The translations under genes were made by a program, and so were the position numbers. A stretch of 64,000 nucleotides of DNA, taken from contig OZ234493.1 in the NCBI GenBank assembly GCA_965153455.1, positions 27,146,213 through 27,210,212 of the forward strand, written 5' to 3'. Under the pieces are notes generated by a model, which was given only the letters and a program-made list of their open reading frames with translations, did no database searches and had not been told where the DNA came from. Within the stretch, counting starts at the first letter, position 1. The number at the start of each line of letters is the position of its first letter. Of the stretch, positions 38,736 to 51,791 are shown in pieces. Origin of the DNA: Sphagnum compactum (Eukaryota).

Positions 38736-41544
38736 CGATTTTTTGATTGTTCTCAACATGAACCTTTCACCTTTGTTCCTACAACACAACATAAACATTG
38801 CAATGGCAATCACAAAACAAATGAACTAACCACATATAGGATGAAGACAAGGGGAAAGGAAAAAGCAGTAGTGAGAGCTCTAGCCTTTTTGATTGTTATC
38901 AACCTTCACATTTTGCCTTTGTTCTTATAACAACACAAGGGTGATGGTGATGACAAGACAAAAATATATATAGGTAAAAACAAAAACACATAAACATGGG
39001 GAAGGAAGGAGGAGTTAGGACGGTTCATGTCCTCTCGACTATTATCAAATTTCATGTGATGGTAATGAACTTTGTGTATGTTGTTGCCCAAGAATGAACA
39101 CAACCAAAGTGATGTTGTTCTTGAACCCTTTCGGCTTGTCCCAATGTTGTAGACTCAAGGAGGTCTAGCACATTTGGCGGCGATGGTGAAACAACTATAT
39201 AACAAAACAAGTTATACTTGAAAGAGGTAGGGAGAAAGAAAGAAGAGAAATAATAGTAAATAAGTTAAACTATGGTGATCGTGGAATTCTTGCGGCAACA
39301 AGCAACACAAAAGTGTTGAGGAAAAAACACAAACAAGGAAAGAGAGGACTCAAATGTAGAAGTGCAACTGCCATCACTTCAATGTCCCTTTTTGAGATTT
39401 GTGGGAGATGTTTAAGGGAGATGTAAGGTGTCAGAAGATTGCCCCATGTGGCACCACATCAATCGTCTATTTTAGGGTTTTAAGTTTGTTGTTCAAAAAA
39501 ACTTTTATTTCAAAACCTTAAACACACCCATCATTGTGCAGCTACTTGCAAAAATTTTGATTTTTTTTGCCTTTTTGTAATTATTTTCAAATCTGAACAA
39601 CAATAAAAAAGATTGTTCAAACCTATTTAAGTTATTAATTTTGTGTTCATAAGATGAATGGTATCTTTACATAATGTTTAACGTGTTTGGTCATAGGTTG
39701 TACATTGCATAGAGATAAGAACATCATGTGTTCTGTCTAGTTATTTTCAAATAATGAGATCACACGCACTTTGGGGTGTCAAAACTATTTCATTTCAAAT
39801 CGAAATTGAATTCTAGACAATCAATAGTGTTTCACCTAAGTTCTTTCAAAACCATTGTGAAAAAATGCACAATTACTAAACCCCAGGTTGCAGAACCCTT
39901 AAATGATCATTCATGGGCTATTTTTCCTTAATGGAAATAAATCTTTAACTAGACTGAATGGCCATTGTCAATTTAATTACAAATTTTGTCATTGAATGGA
40001 CAAGATTAAAAAAATTTCACAATTGGTTATTGACTAGCAAATATTGGAATGCCTAATTATCTAAAGGAGTGTTGAGTAGGTATGTTAATTTTAATATCTT
40101 AGCTAGGTAAGGGTATATAAAAAATAATGATTTTTTTCAAAATATGTATCAGATGGGTAAACCTAAGCATGAATCCATTAAAAGACTATTGGGATCTTCA
40201 AACATGCACAACTTTAAGATAACAATGAGATGAACTTATAGTGTGATTGATAATAATTAGTTGGGGGTGCTACACAAGTCTAACTTTTCTATTTTTGCAA
40301 TGAGTTATTTTGATTGGCCCATCGTAAAAAAAAAGTTGAAACTATGGAAGCTCCCCCAAAATAGAAGATTTTATTGAAAGATGGAGTACTTCCCCTTTTG
40401 GCCTGTAAATCACAAACGGGTTTAGGATCGAAACTATGTATGTTTACATAGCTATGGAAATATATGTTTTTGTTTACATAAATGTTTTCTCACTTTTTTA
40501 TTGTTTATGTATAATTAGTATGCCACACCATTCTCCTACCATGGACTTCACATAAATTATACCGAAACCATTCAAAACTAAAATTTCAATTTCTTTCATA
40601 ATTCTATTATATGAAACTTTACATTCATACAACAACTTATTTCTATCAAGTGAAGGTGTTTTCAAAGGTCATAAACACCCGTCTATATACTAACTAAAAA
40701 GAAATTAAATAAGAAAATTTCCTAAAGTCTATACATCATATGGCCACCCATGACTTCCCATGTGATTTCACATGCATAATGAAATGACAAATATTTTTCA
40801 CATAAATTATTATGTGTGAGTCAATGCTCACTAATGTGTCAAAGATTTTTCACATAAATTATTATGTGTGAATGAATGCACACTAATGTGTTTTGACTTT
40901 TCACATAAATTATTCAGTGAAAATCAAACACATTATTAAAATTATGAAATCCAACTAACAAGTAAATCACCAAACTTAATTGCTAAATAATTACATAGAT
41001 AATAATTTAATTACATCAAGCTATAAGCCCACTTATATACGTGAAAAGGGCAAGATTTTGGGCAAAACATATGGGATTAAAGCAAGGTCCTATTGGGGAA
41101 CACCCTTGGGGCACACATTGGGAACATAGGGAATGGATTGGGAAGTTGAAGGGAACATAGAGGAACATATTGGGAACAAAGGAAAATAAAAATAAAATCT
41201 CACCCCCTAATCCTCCGCCCAAAAACTTAAAAGAAAAAAATCAAGGCACCTTGAATGCATGCTTCAGCCTACCCATTGGCTGCATGTATTTTTGGTTTCC
41301 AAAACTGACTGTCACCATTTTTGGCCTAGGCTAATGGTCAGGGGCAAAGACTGAACAAGGAGAAAAAACAAAAAGTCCCCCCCCCCCCACCCTCCCCTGG
41401 TCCTCCAAAAAGAAAAAAACCAGGGCCCATCATGAGTGCATGCTGAGCCTTCCCATTGGCTGCATGAAATTTCTATTTCCAAAACTGCTGGTCACCATTT
41501 TTGGCCTGGGCTAATGGCTGGGTCAGTGATCTGGGGACATAGTC

Positions 41545-41745
41545 TAATAAACAGAGTCAAATCGTATTTTTCGACTGCTCCTTGTTTCTTCTGATTGGTT
41601 ATATAGTTTGATTGGTCCAAGTGGGTTGTTATTAGTAGTCTCCCATCTATTTGCAATCCCAATTTCAGTTTTATGGGGTAGGGTTGTAAAACCGAAATAT
41701 TTTTGCAGGGTCACATATTGAGCGTTGTTGGTGGAGAGCATCTCT
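41545..41745 (-). mobile_element. Partial second copy of the Tourist-like MITE seen at 6032-6622
   Basis: Reverse complement matches 6261-6480: TTTGATTGGTCCAAGTGGGTTG.TATTAGTAGTCTC...GCAGGGTCACATATTGAGC..TTGGTGGAGA. Confidence 0.75.
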
Positions 41746-44700
41746 AGTAAGCTAGTCCCCCATTATCACTATTCACCACATCCCACATTCAGTCTTAACG
41801 ATTCACCAGGGTCATCAATCTTTATCATTGACCAATCAAAAGCAGTCATTTCCATTTAGTGCAATTGCATGTGTCACAACTTTGGGCAAACTTAGTGTCA
41901 AAATGACAATTTCACACAATTTGATTGCTCTATTTCATCCAAATTGTGAGTGTAGGTTCTCATTGCTTTGGGTCGAGAGATGCTCTTAGGTAAAGGTAAA
42001 CCTTTAAATATGTGTTAGCTGAGTATGGTAAAAAAGGAAGAGTAAAGATTAACATATTAACCAATCAGGTACCGTAATCAAAAGGGTAGTAGTAGAGATT
42101 TTTTCCTCAACAAAGGTAAAATATTTACCCACCCAACACCCCTCTGAAGCCCTTGTTTGTTGAACTATGAGTGCTATCCAAGGCTGTTCAGTCTAAGCAA
42201 TGAGTTGCCAGAAATTGAAGTTTTCCTGGTGTCGCCATGTCTGGAATCGTGACTCAAGATGCAAGAGGAGCTGCTTCTGATGGAAGTCCAGGGTGATTGA
42301 ACAAAGCACTTTGCTCACAGAGCTGCAAATCCAGCCATGGTAGGCGGGGAAACGGGGATTGCCAAGTAACTAAACAAACTTGAGAGCAAAGCTAATTGAG
42401 CTGGTATGGCCTTCCCAAACTTCTTCCATAAAATACAGAGAGACACATACATCATCCCACTCAACAATTCCAAATTAAAAGTTAAATCAAAGTTTAAAAT
42501 CTGTTTGTTAAGGAAATAGGTTGTTTGACTTGTTTGTTACATTGAGAATTCCCAAACCACCTTGACACCCCCTTACTATGCTCTTCGCGTTGGAAATCTC
42601 AAAATGAGCAGGAGTGCATCGAGGTGGCTTCATAATGTTAAGACTTATGATGGTGCAAGAGTTATTCAATATTGAACAATTTTAACATTGAGAGTTCGAT
42701 AAAAATAAAATTAAATATTATTGGGGAATTAGGGCGTGCTTTTGATATTGCGGGACTCAATTAGTAAGATTTTATGGAGCTGATTTTGTAATTTCTAGAC
42801 CTAAGGTGCACAAGATACTAAAATTTGAAACATCTTTATGATTGAAAATTCAATTAAGAAACAAAAAAATTGGAATTCAATTACTTCACATTAAAGTTTC
42901 ATCACACTTGGGCCAATGGCACACAGGCCACACTAGTTTTAAATAATTCACACTTTTACATGTCCAATATTTTTATTGGGCTTACTTGGCCTCCCTTCCG
43001 GCATCTCTTTTAAGGCAGGCCAAGTAAAGCCCAATAAGTTCAAAATATCCCCAAAATGCTGCCAAGTAAAACTGGGATCATACTTTTAAAATAATATATC
43101 TATAATATATATAAATTAAAAATTAATTAAAAAATTAAAAATAAAAAAGAAAAACATGACCCATGAAAGAAAGATATGGAAACTACAGTGGGCATGACTC
43201 ACACACACAACACACAACCACTCTATGAAAGAGTGAAGAAATTTCACAATCCACGTAAATGAATGTCGGCTTGAACTTGAAACCCAATACGTAAGTCACA
43301 GCTGGAGACTTAAACAACGGTATTGGCTTTCCGTTAAAGGAAAATATTGATTTTGGGTCCATCCCGATTGTCCAATTTGACATACAATTTTGGCTTGAAC
43401 TGAAAAAATACTAACATAACTTATAACTTATTGGTGACACTTGGACCCAAGTGTACTCTAGACTGCACTGACACCTGTAAAGTTCGTTGGGTGGGAAGGG
43501 GGGTGGGGGGGTGGTATTTTCGCATCCTGCTACGTAAACAACTTCCGAAACAATTTTGACTTGAATTTGGGACCAAGGAAACCAATAGATTGGTGACAAA
43601 TTGTAACTTAAGGGGGTCAATTCCTACAGCACAAACCCAGCCGGGCATTGCACTGTCGTCCGGACAGAGGTTGTTGGGGGATATTTAGCATTTTTGTAAC
43701 TTAACTCTGGTGCTTAACTCTGGTGTTCTTTTTATGGAATTAACTAACCATGATTTTGTTTTGGAACTTATCGTAAAAGGGAAAGTCATCATAATTATAG
43801 GAATTGAGCCCCACTTTATTTGCTTTTTTTTTTTTTCGTTTTTGTAAATTTTTCTTTGTAAATTTGTGAGGTCCGAGGGTTCTCCGAGAGGGTGATCGGA
43901 TGAATATATAATGAATTTGAGTCCAGACGACTATTGCAATCATGCAATATTATTCTACAGTTATAATTCCCTCTGACATACAAAAGCCCACTTTAGATTG
44001 GGTCCAGGGTCCAAATTCTTAGGATCCAATTTGGACTCGATTTGTCACTTTTTTTTGGGTCCTACACCCTCGTCTAAAAGATGTGGGTCCAACTTATGGT
44101 TCTTGTCCAATAGGATTTCTCTATTTCATTATGGAACCTGGATTTTGGAACCGCATTTAAAGTGGGCCTAAGTATAATGATGTCTCTCCGTCTGAAGACT
44201 TCATACTTAATATTTACCCACAAACCTAGCCTTCCTCTTTATGTATCTACTCACAAAACTTACCCGGTTTCCTCTCACAAAAATTTATTCCATCCCTCCC
44301 AACACCTACCTTCACAAAAATTGAAGTGGGTAGGCGACGTGTCCCAAAATTTCCAAAAAATGCCCCTTCGCCCTTTTGGCTTTTCTCCAAAATTTCTAAA
44401 AAAGATGGCAATTTTTTTTGAAATTCAATAACTTCTGGATCTGGTTTGGAGAAACCATTCATGTGCACACTTGTCAAGAGTGCATATTGTATTGAAAGGA
44501 AAGTAAACAAACAAATTAAATTTTGGGGGAAGGGGGGGGGGGGATGCATAGGTACAGAGTTCAACAAATAATGAAAACCAATCAATTACCTACCTTTAAA
44601 GTTTGGCTCACTTGTCGACTTTTCCAAAAGGTTAAAATTTGCTTTACAAGTTCTGGCAAAAAAAGGCTAGTTCCATGATTTGATTTTTGTGTCGATTTCA

Positions 44701-45354
44701 TCCAAAGGATGTTGATTCAAGTCCATTATCAAAAGAACGTGAACCTTTTGGATGAACTTTTTGGATTTTGACACTCCCAACCAAAGAACCTACCAACAAA
44801 TTGGGTTAAACTACTTATAAGTTATGAGATGTATTTTTAATTAAGTTTTTTTAATGGTCAAATTAAAGAGAAATCCAAAAATGAAACCATCATCATCAAT
44901 GACATATATATTTGAGATTTCAATCACCATAAGTGAGAAATTAAGTGAAAATGGCCAAATTTCTATGTTTAGTTCTAGCAAGTGGCCCCCAAATATGAAA
45001 AGAAGATTAAAAATTTGTGCATCATATGTGGTTTATTGTAGCATGGGGAGTGGTTCTTTGATTTTGGACCACATTGTCACCGTGGGAGTCATACATTTAT
45101 TCATACCTCTTTAGGAACTGAACTCAAAGAAGTTCCCATATGCTCATCATACAAAGAACTCTTTTAGAACATTTTAAAATTAAATTACAATTTATTGATG
45201 AAAGAAAACCATGTTGAATGAATTTCCTTCATCAAATCAAAAATTATCTATTATGAATGAAAAATAATCGTCGTTGATGATGACAATGACATTGACGATG
45301 GTTGAAACTCAGAAAACCATCCATTTTTGGTGATACACTGAGTTTCATGCTATC

Positions 45355-45535
45355 TTTCCTTTTTCCTGAGCGCCTCCGTTACCGTTACATATATTTTCAC
45401 TGCTCCTACCTGTACAAGTATTATAATTAGTCTCGAACCTTGTGCATTAAATGCTGAGTTTCAGCATTTCGTAGTGAGTTGCAGCATTTGGTACCGAGAT
45501 TTAATAAAATGTCTTTACTTTGCGAATACCACTGA
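45355..45535. repeat. Dispersed repeat; inverted homologue of 16235-16392
   Basis: Reverse-complement similarity over ~150 bp. Confidence 0.75.
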
Positions 45536-46059
45536 AAGAGGGTATAGGGGGTGAAAGGAGGCCCAAAGACAAGGTTACTTTATCAAAATAAAAATAAGAA
45601 TAAGAATCCCCCCAAAACAGACCAAGAAAACCTCCCTTGATTAGAGTTTAGGAGGAGAGGGTAATTATTTAAGTAGGCAATTCGATTACTGAATTGGCAA
45701 TTAATCCCGAGTTTTTAAGTACACTAATCTGTACCCAAACAGAGTAGTTAAAAGTAAAAGGATAATTAACTCAGCGCCGCTAATTTTATCCTGTCCGTTA
45801 CTTCAATACTCGTCTTTTGCCTGACACGTGTCAAGTGTGTGTGTGTGTGTGTGTGTCCGCGTTTTGGTGGTTCTGGAAATCAGTAATTGTTTTTATGCAA
45901 TTTTGTGTTATAGCCAAAGTGGCGAATGTCCACGTCTAGATTTAGCCATATTTTTTGGCTACAAACTGAACATGAAAGTAAATTTCTTAAAACATCCTTC
46001 TATACTTTTGGCTACTCTACTTGAATCAACCCGGTACAGAAATCTGGCGATTTTTCTTA

Positions 46060-46675
46060 AATTTTGATCGAATTATGGCTATTGAAAATTTCAAAAAGCA
46101 CATGAAAATTCGAGTTGTACTCTTGCTTGCTGGTTTTGATCGAATAATGGCTATCGAAGAATCTGGTTTTAGATCGAATTCTTCTGGCTACTGAGGAAGC
46201 TGGTTTTGATGGAATTCTGGCTACCGAAGAAGCTGGTTTTGATCGATTCTGGCTATTGAAAATTTCAAAAAGCACATGAACATTCGACTTGTACGCTTGC
46301 TGGTTTTGATTGAATTATGGCTATTGAAGAATCTGGTTTTTGATCGAGTTCTGGCTACTGAAGAGGCTAGTTTTGATGGAATTCTGGCTACCGAAGAAGC
46401 TGGTTTTCATCGATTCTGGCTATTTTTTCAAAAAGCACATGAAAATGCGAGTTGTACGCTTGCTCGCTGGTTTTGATCGAATTATGGCTACTGGAGAATC
46501 TGGTTTTGATCGAATTCTGGCTACTGGAGAAGCTGGTTTTGATGGAATTCTGGCAACCGAAGAAGCTGGTTTTGATGGAATTCTGGCAACCGAAGAAGCT
46601 GGTTTTGATGGAGTTCTGGCTACCGAAGAAGCTGGTTTTCATAGATTCTGGCGATTGAAAATTTCAAAAAGCAAG
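46060..46675. repeat. Higher-order minisatellite: 33-bp monomers nested in ~170-235-bp units, upstream of the F-box gene
   Basis: Monomer CTGGCTACCGAAGAAGCTGGTTTTGATGGAATT, about 14 degenerate copies, punctuated four times by TTTCAAAAAGCA(CATGAA). Confidence 0.9.
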
Positions 46676-46759
46676 CAAAATTCCCGGTCCTTGCTTGCTT
46701 GTTTGTAAAGCACAGCTGCCGTTACATCCATCGATTGCATAAAAGTTTAACCAACTCGG

Positions 46760-46793
<34 letters not shown>

Positions 46794-47566
46794 GCCGTTC
46801 CGTTTGTTTGCTTTCCTTGGTGGATTTTGTTAGTTTTTTTCGGTTTTCTTTTTCAGGTAATTTGGCCGTTCTTGCTTGCTTGCTTGCCTGCCTGCCTTCC
46901 TTCCTTTTGGTGGGCAAATTCTCTTCTCTGCTGGTGTCGCAATTTGCCAATCCTCCTCCTTCAACCTCCTCCTCTGCTCCTCCTCGTCGCAGCTTTTTTG
47001 TTTTCTCAGGGGCTCCGCTAGTTGGGAATCGGAAGCAATTATCATTTTGGAGGCGGCCGGCAGGCAGAGATTTGTGGTTTGTGGTTTGTGGTTTGTGGTT
47101 TTTCGTTGGAAGGAAGAAAAGAAGAAGACTCAGTCGTCGTCGGAAAGAGTGTGAAACTTTAACCACCACAACAGCAAGTGCGGCATTGGAGCGAGGTCTA
47201 AGAATTTTTGTTTTGTTTCATCGATTGTAGGTAGGGAAGAAGGAAGAAAGACGGCTGGAAACTCTCTCGTGAGGAAAGCTGAATTCCGGGAATTCGCCGA
47301 ATTTTGGGCTTGTTTTTGTGGTGGCTTCGTTCTTAAGGTACAGAGAGCTTTGTTGCGCAGCAGCTCTGTTGTTGGTGTTCTTCCTCTTCTTCTGACCTTC
47401 CGCGCTGCAGCACTCAATTCTGTGTTTGTAGTGGTGGTAGTACTATTGTCGTGATCAAGCTGCAAGGATCAAGCAAGCCGTTGTCGTTGTTGTCATTGTT
47501 GTCGTCCTGAGCCAGTCCTGAGTAAGCAAGGAATTGGAGGTCCGTCCTCGACCTCTGGCTCTCTGA

Positions 47567-49225
47567 ATGGGAGCTTCACCGGTTCCTGTTGGTAATTGTG
47601 CAATTGGCATGGAGCTTTGTAGCCGGACGCAGTCTCAGACTGCAGAAAAAGAAGAAGAAAAAGAGGAGGACATGGACAGCTGGACGGAGTCTCAGACTGA
47701 AGCATCAACAGAAGAAGAAGAAGAAGACATGGACAGCCGGATGGAGTGTCAGACTGAAGCAGAAGAAGAAGAAGAAGAAGAAGAAGACATGGACAGCCGG
47801 ATGGAGTCTCGGACTGAAGCAGAAGAACAAGAAGACATGGACAACCTGATGGATTCTCAGACTGTAGGAGAAGAAAAAGTAGGAGAAGGAGAGATGGACA
47901 GTGGGATTTGGAGCGAACTGCCGCACGATCTGATAGTGAAGATCTTAGCATGGTTACCAACGCCGAATGTAGTGCGGATGCGCACGGTGTGCAAGGCATG
48001 GAATGCGCTTGCGTTTTCTGCAGATGATATGCGTCCCGTACCAACTCCTGAGCCTTGGTTACTGGTCTGCAACTACAGCAGCTCCTCCACCTTCTCGCAC
48101 ACAGTTTCCGCTTTGGATCCCGTCGCTCAGAAATGGTACACAGATATTCCTCTCACCTTGAGAGACAGCTCCTCAACAACACTCGGAATCGGAGGAGCTG
48201 GAGCTTCTGCAGCTGCTTCTTCTTCCAACAACACCCACAGCACCGACAACGTACAAGTCTGCACCTCTGCAGGGGGATTGTTGCTCTGTCGTTCCTTGGA
48301 ACATGTCTTGTACACATGCAATCCTCTCACCAAGTCTTGGCGTCAGCTGCCTCCGTGCTTGGCTCCAGTCGGCGGTTTCACCTTCGAGGCCTTCGAAATG
48401 GACGTGGATGCGAGCACAGGAAGCTTCAGAATCTACCACGATCTTTGTCGATACGACGAAAGCGATCGGTGCGACAGGATGTCGGAGCTTTACGACTCGG
48501 AAACTGATAGCTGGAAACCTTTGGGTGCTGGTGGCGGCGATGGCGACGGCAAAGGCACCACCAACACCATGAGTCGTACCGCTGTTGCTGCTGCTCAGGA
48601 TTATGGTGGAGGAGCGCTTCCTGAGAAGATTGCATTCCTGAACCAAGCTCTGTATTGGGTTGCTTTTCTTGCTCCTGTGAGCTTGCGACGCTACAAACTA
48701 CAGACACAGACATGGTCAGAGATTCCATTGCCTGCACTCAAAGCTCCCATCTACAGAATCATCACTGCTAATCTGGTAGAATGCAATTCTCGCTTGTTGC
48801 TGGTGGCAGCTGTTTTGGAAGGAAGCGAGTGCAGGAAAAGCCTTAGGGTTTGGGAGCTGGTGGAGACAGAGGAAAGCAGCACCAGCAGCCCATCAGCAGC
48901 ACCAGCAGCAGAAGGGATGATGATGAAATGGGTGGACTTGGAAATCAAAGCAAACCAAGACAGTGAGGATCTGCTTGAAATGGATTTTGCAAAATACAGT
49001 TGTCTGGGAAGAGGTAACTCCATTTCTGTGTTTAGTATCAAGGCCTCTGAGAAAGGGAAAGTTCTTGCCTGTGATCTGACTACCAAAGCATGGCACTGGA
49101 TTCCTCTTTGCCCCACAATTGAACCACTTCGGTTGCGAGATATTATCGGAAGTAGACGAGTGATGTGGGGTACTGGAATCAAACAGTATCTTGCATTTCA
49201 GCCCTCTTTGCAATGCCGAAAGTGA
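47567..49225 (+). CDS. Intronless F-box protein (F-box plus kelch/FBA-like beta-propeller) with acidic N-terminal tandem repeats
   Basis: 552-aa ORF; F-box IWSELPHDLIVKILAWLPTPNVVRMRTVCKAWNAL; propeller motifs SAGGLLLC, YTCNPLTKSWRQLPP, ELYDSETDSWK and NLVECNSRLLLV; terminal LAFQPSL typical of plant F-box/kelch-like proteins. True start codon uncertain. Confidence 0.92.
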   Translation: MGASPVPVGNCAIGMELCSRTQSQTAEKEEEKEEDMDSWTESQTEASTEEEEEDMDSRMECQTEAEEEEEEEEDMDSRMESRTEAEEQEDMDNLMDSQTVGEEKVGEGEMDSGIWSELPHDLIVKILAWLPTPNVVRMRTVCKAWNALAFSADDMRPVPTPEPWLLVCNYSSSSTFSHTVSALDPVAQKWYTDIPLTLRDSSSTTLGIGGAGASAAASSSNNTHSTDNVQVCTSAGGLLLCRSLEHVLYTCNPLTKSWRQLPPCLAPVGGFTFEAFEMDVDASTGSFRIYHDLCRYDESDRCDRMSELYDSETDSWKPLGAGGGDGDGKGTTNTMSRTAVAAAQDYGGGALPEKIAFLNQALYWVAFLAPVSLRRYKLQTQTWSEIPLPALKAPIYRIITANLVECNSRLLLVAAVLEGSECRKSLRVWELVETEESSTSSPSAAPAAEGMMMKWVDLEIKANQDSEDLLEMDFAKYSCLGRGNSISVFSIKASEKGKVLACDLTTKAWHWIPLCPTIEPLRLRDIIGSRRVMWGTGIKQYLAFQPSLQCRK

Positions 49226-50844
49226 GCTTGCTTGATTGCTGCTGCTCCTGAGGCTGAGTTTGAAACCTGCGACAACCAAGCCCATGTTCTTTCTCCTCCT
49301 TCAGAGTATAAAATCTCTGGATAGCTTTTGTTTTTCTCCGTCTGTAACAGAATTTGTAGTTTCTTCTTCTTCTTCTGTACATGATTTGTAGTTTGGAGAT
49401 AATTGTTGCACTGTTATTGTTGGCTTTGGATACGAAGAAGTAAAAAAGCAAGTCCTACACGTCTGCTAATCAGCAACTTGCATCTGATATCAGATGCAAA
49501 ATCCTACATTGGCTTCTCAGTTGCCAATCTGATCAATGTGTCCATTGATACAATTGATCATTTTCTCTCTCAGACTTTGTCACTGTAGGCAGAAAGCACG
49601 ATGAGCCTCATGACCCAAGAATGGATAAATGCTTGCAGCATGATGAGCCCTGGATGACCCCAAAAATGCATAGATGCTCACAGCAGCATTTGTAGCAATA
49701 GTTGCTGTAATCGAGAGGGAGAAAAAATGCACAAAAAGTGTATGTAAATACTTTTCAATACAATAGTGATAATTGAAGAAGCTGTGCTTCTTGCACACAT
49801 ACAAACACACATCCCAATGCAGTGGTGGGCGTGTGACTCTAGACTCATTCTGCTCATGGACCAATAATTTCATTAGAGCACATGGAAGAAGAAGTTGTTT
49901 TGGTACATGAGTATGTCCCTGACCTCTGTTGTGCTTAGCACTGTAGATAACATATATATACATGTTGGAGGTTCAAGCTTCTGAGGAGAACTACAGTTTT
50001 TCCGTTTACATACTAGGTATATACATTATTGTAGTGCAAAATGCATGTTGATGTGCTGTCTCTGTGCAACACGAAGAAAACCCACAGCTTTTTTGATTGC
50101 TGATTGAATGAATAAAATATGGGTGGGTTCATGACATGATCAGGAATGTCAAAAAGAGTTGATGGGAAGTTACAAAGGGGTGTATCTTGTAGATCCTTGA
50201 ACCTGAGACAAGTAATGAAACTTTTATCACCCCTCCTGGTCTTCTCATCTGCACAAGAAAAGAAAGCAAAATTTCAATTTGTGTTTTGGGATCAACAAAC
50301 CCACTTCTTCTGGGTTATTGACGATGTTGTTGGTTTTGAGGAAGATCAGATTGAACTTCCCATCTCATATATTATTGCTTTTTTGGCTTTGCATTTGCAC
50401 TTGGGTGCTGTACATAGCTTAATATGGTTGCAGGTATGGACCGAGTGTTGTTTGAATTGGTCATCGCCACTTGACATCTCGGGGCGAAGTGCAGTGTCAT
50501 ATTTGAGGGCCAACTGTCACTGGACATGTCAATGTTAAAATGCAGTTATTTGAGGGTGAAAAGAAAGTATTGCCAAGCAAGAAGCAGAGCTCCCCAAGTG
50601 TTCATTCAATAGCATAGTCCATTAAACAGATGTAGGGTAAAGCCCTCAACTGGGAGTGCCATAGGCTTTACCAGAATAAGGACCTGCACAAGCTGGACCC
50701 GAGCGCAGGCCCAAAGCTGGTAAAGCCCATGACCAAGGGCATTACCAAGCATAAAGACCTGTGCTGATTGTAGATGAACCTCAACTGAGTTAGTATTTGG
50801 TTTGACTGTGGCAACCAATTCTGTAGGAAATAGGTCTCATACAT

Positions 50845-50878
50845 AGATAGGTAGGTAGGTAGGTAGGTAGGTAGGTAG
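50845..50878. repeat. (TAGG)n microsatellite
   Basis: Run of about 7 TAGG units; a similar degenerate run lies at ~57187-57262. Confidence 0.8.
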
Positions 50879-51791
50879 AAAAATAGGTAACTACTAGGTA
50901 CATGTGTAGGGGGCTGTTTTTACTACCTACCATAGGTAGATAGAATCTTTTCAAAAAAAAAGCAACTGAGCTAACCACCGTGGTTAGCAAGGGAACTGAA
51001 ACCCAACAGAAAACTGTTCCCTGCCCACTTACCATTCATCCTTCCACGGTGCCCTGGTGGGTGCTGGTTCACTGTGGCCCAGCACCCACCAATGCACCAT
51101 CCATTGAAACCCCATTATGACTCCTGGTTGTGGATGAACCACAATGGAGTTACCAAGGTTGGTATCTATACATGTGGAGGGGTAGTATGTAGCTAACTTT
51201 TGTGGTTAGCAATTGAAGAGGAATACGACCAAAGTGGGTTTTCTGTCCAAACACATCCATCCATCCATCCATTGTGCATGGTGAATCTAGGGTGCTGATG
51301 GTTCAATCTGGCCAAAAAAAAACACTGCTAATTCCAAGTTCCAAGTCCCAACCCTAATTCTGAAGCCCTTGGGTGAACCAGCATCTACACTGGTCAAAAC
51401 TACAAACTCTGGTTCATTCACCCTGTGAAATAATAATGTATTTGTTGAGACTTAACAATCACCACTGATGGCAGTCAAATGGTACCCTTTACTTTTCCCC
51501 AGTGCACGTTTCTTCACGTTCTGCATGTTAGGCACAAACATGGTGTTTCTGCATCCCCACTGCACGTAAGTAAAGTATATGCTTCTCCTCACGTCTGCCT
51601 GCCCCTTTTTTGTTGGTTGCTTTTCCTCAGTGTTTCACCTCTACAACAACTCTGGAGGCAAGCAACATCCCCATCCATGTGTTGTCTGTCTAGTTTAAGG
51701 CAAGGACTCGATTGCCCAGTTCATGTCAATATACCAAAATTTGGCCCCTTCATGTACTACTACTACTGATCATCAAAATTTGGTCGACTGC

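Noticed and set aside
46057-46708. Several overlapping repetitive ORFs (e.g. ILATEEAGFDG repeats)
   Set aside because: Open frames on both strands arise from the 33-bp repeat; no unique domain or convincing start/splice context.
46747-47465. ORFs of 92-140 aa upstream of the F-box gene
   Set aside because: Microsatellite-rich leader/intron sequence; translations are low complexity with no family motifs.
23752-49225. RKP and F-box gene as a ubiquitin-pathway cluster
   Set aside because: They are ~17 kb apart with TE debris between them, and F-box genes are very numerous in plants; co-occurrence is expected by chance.
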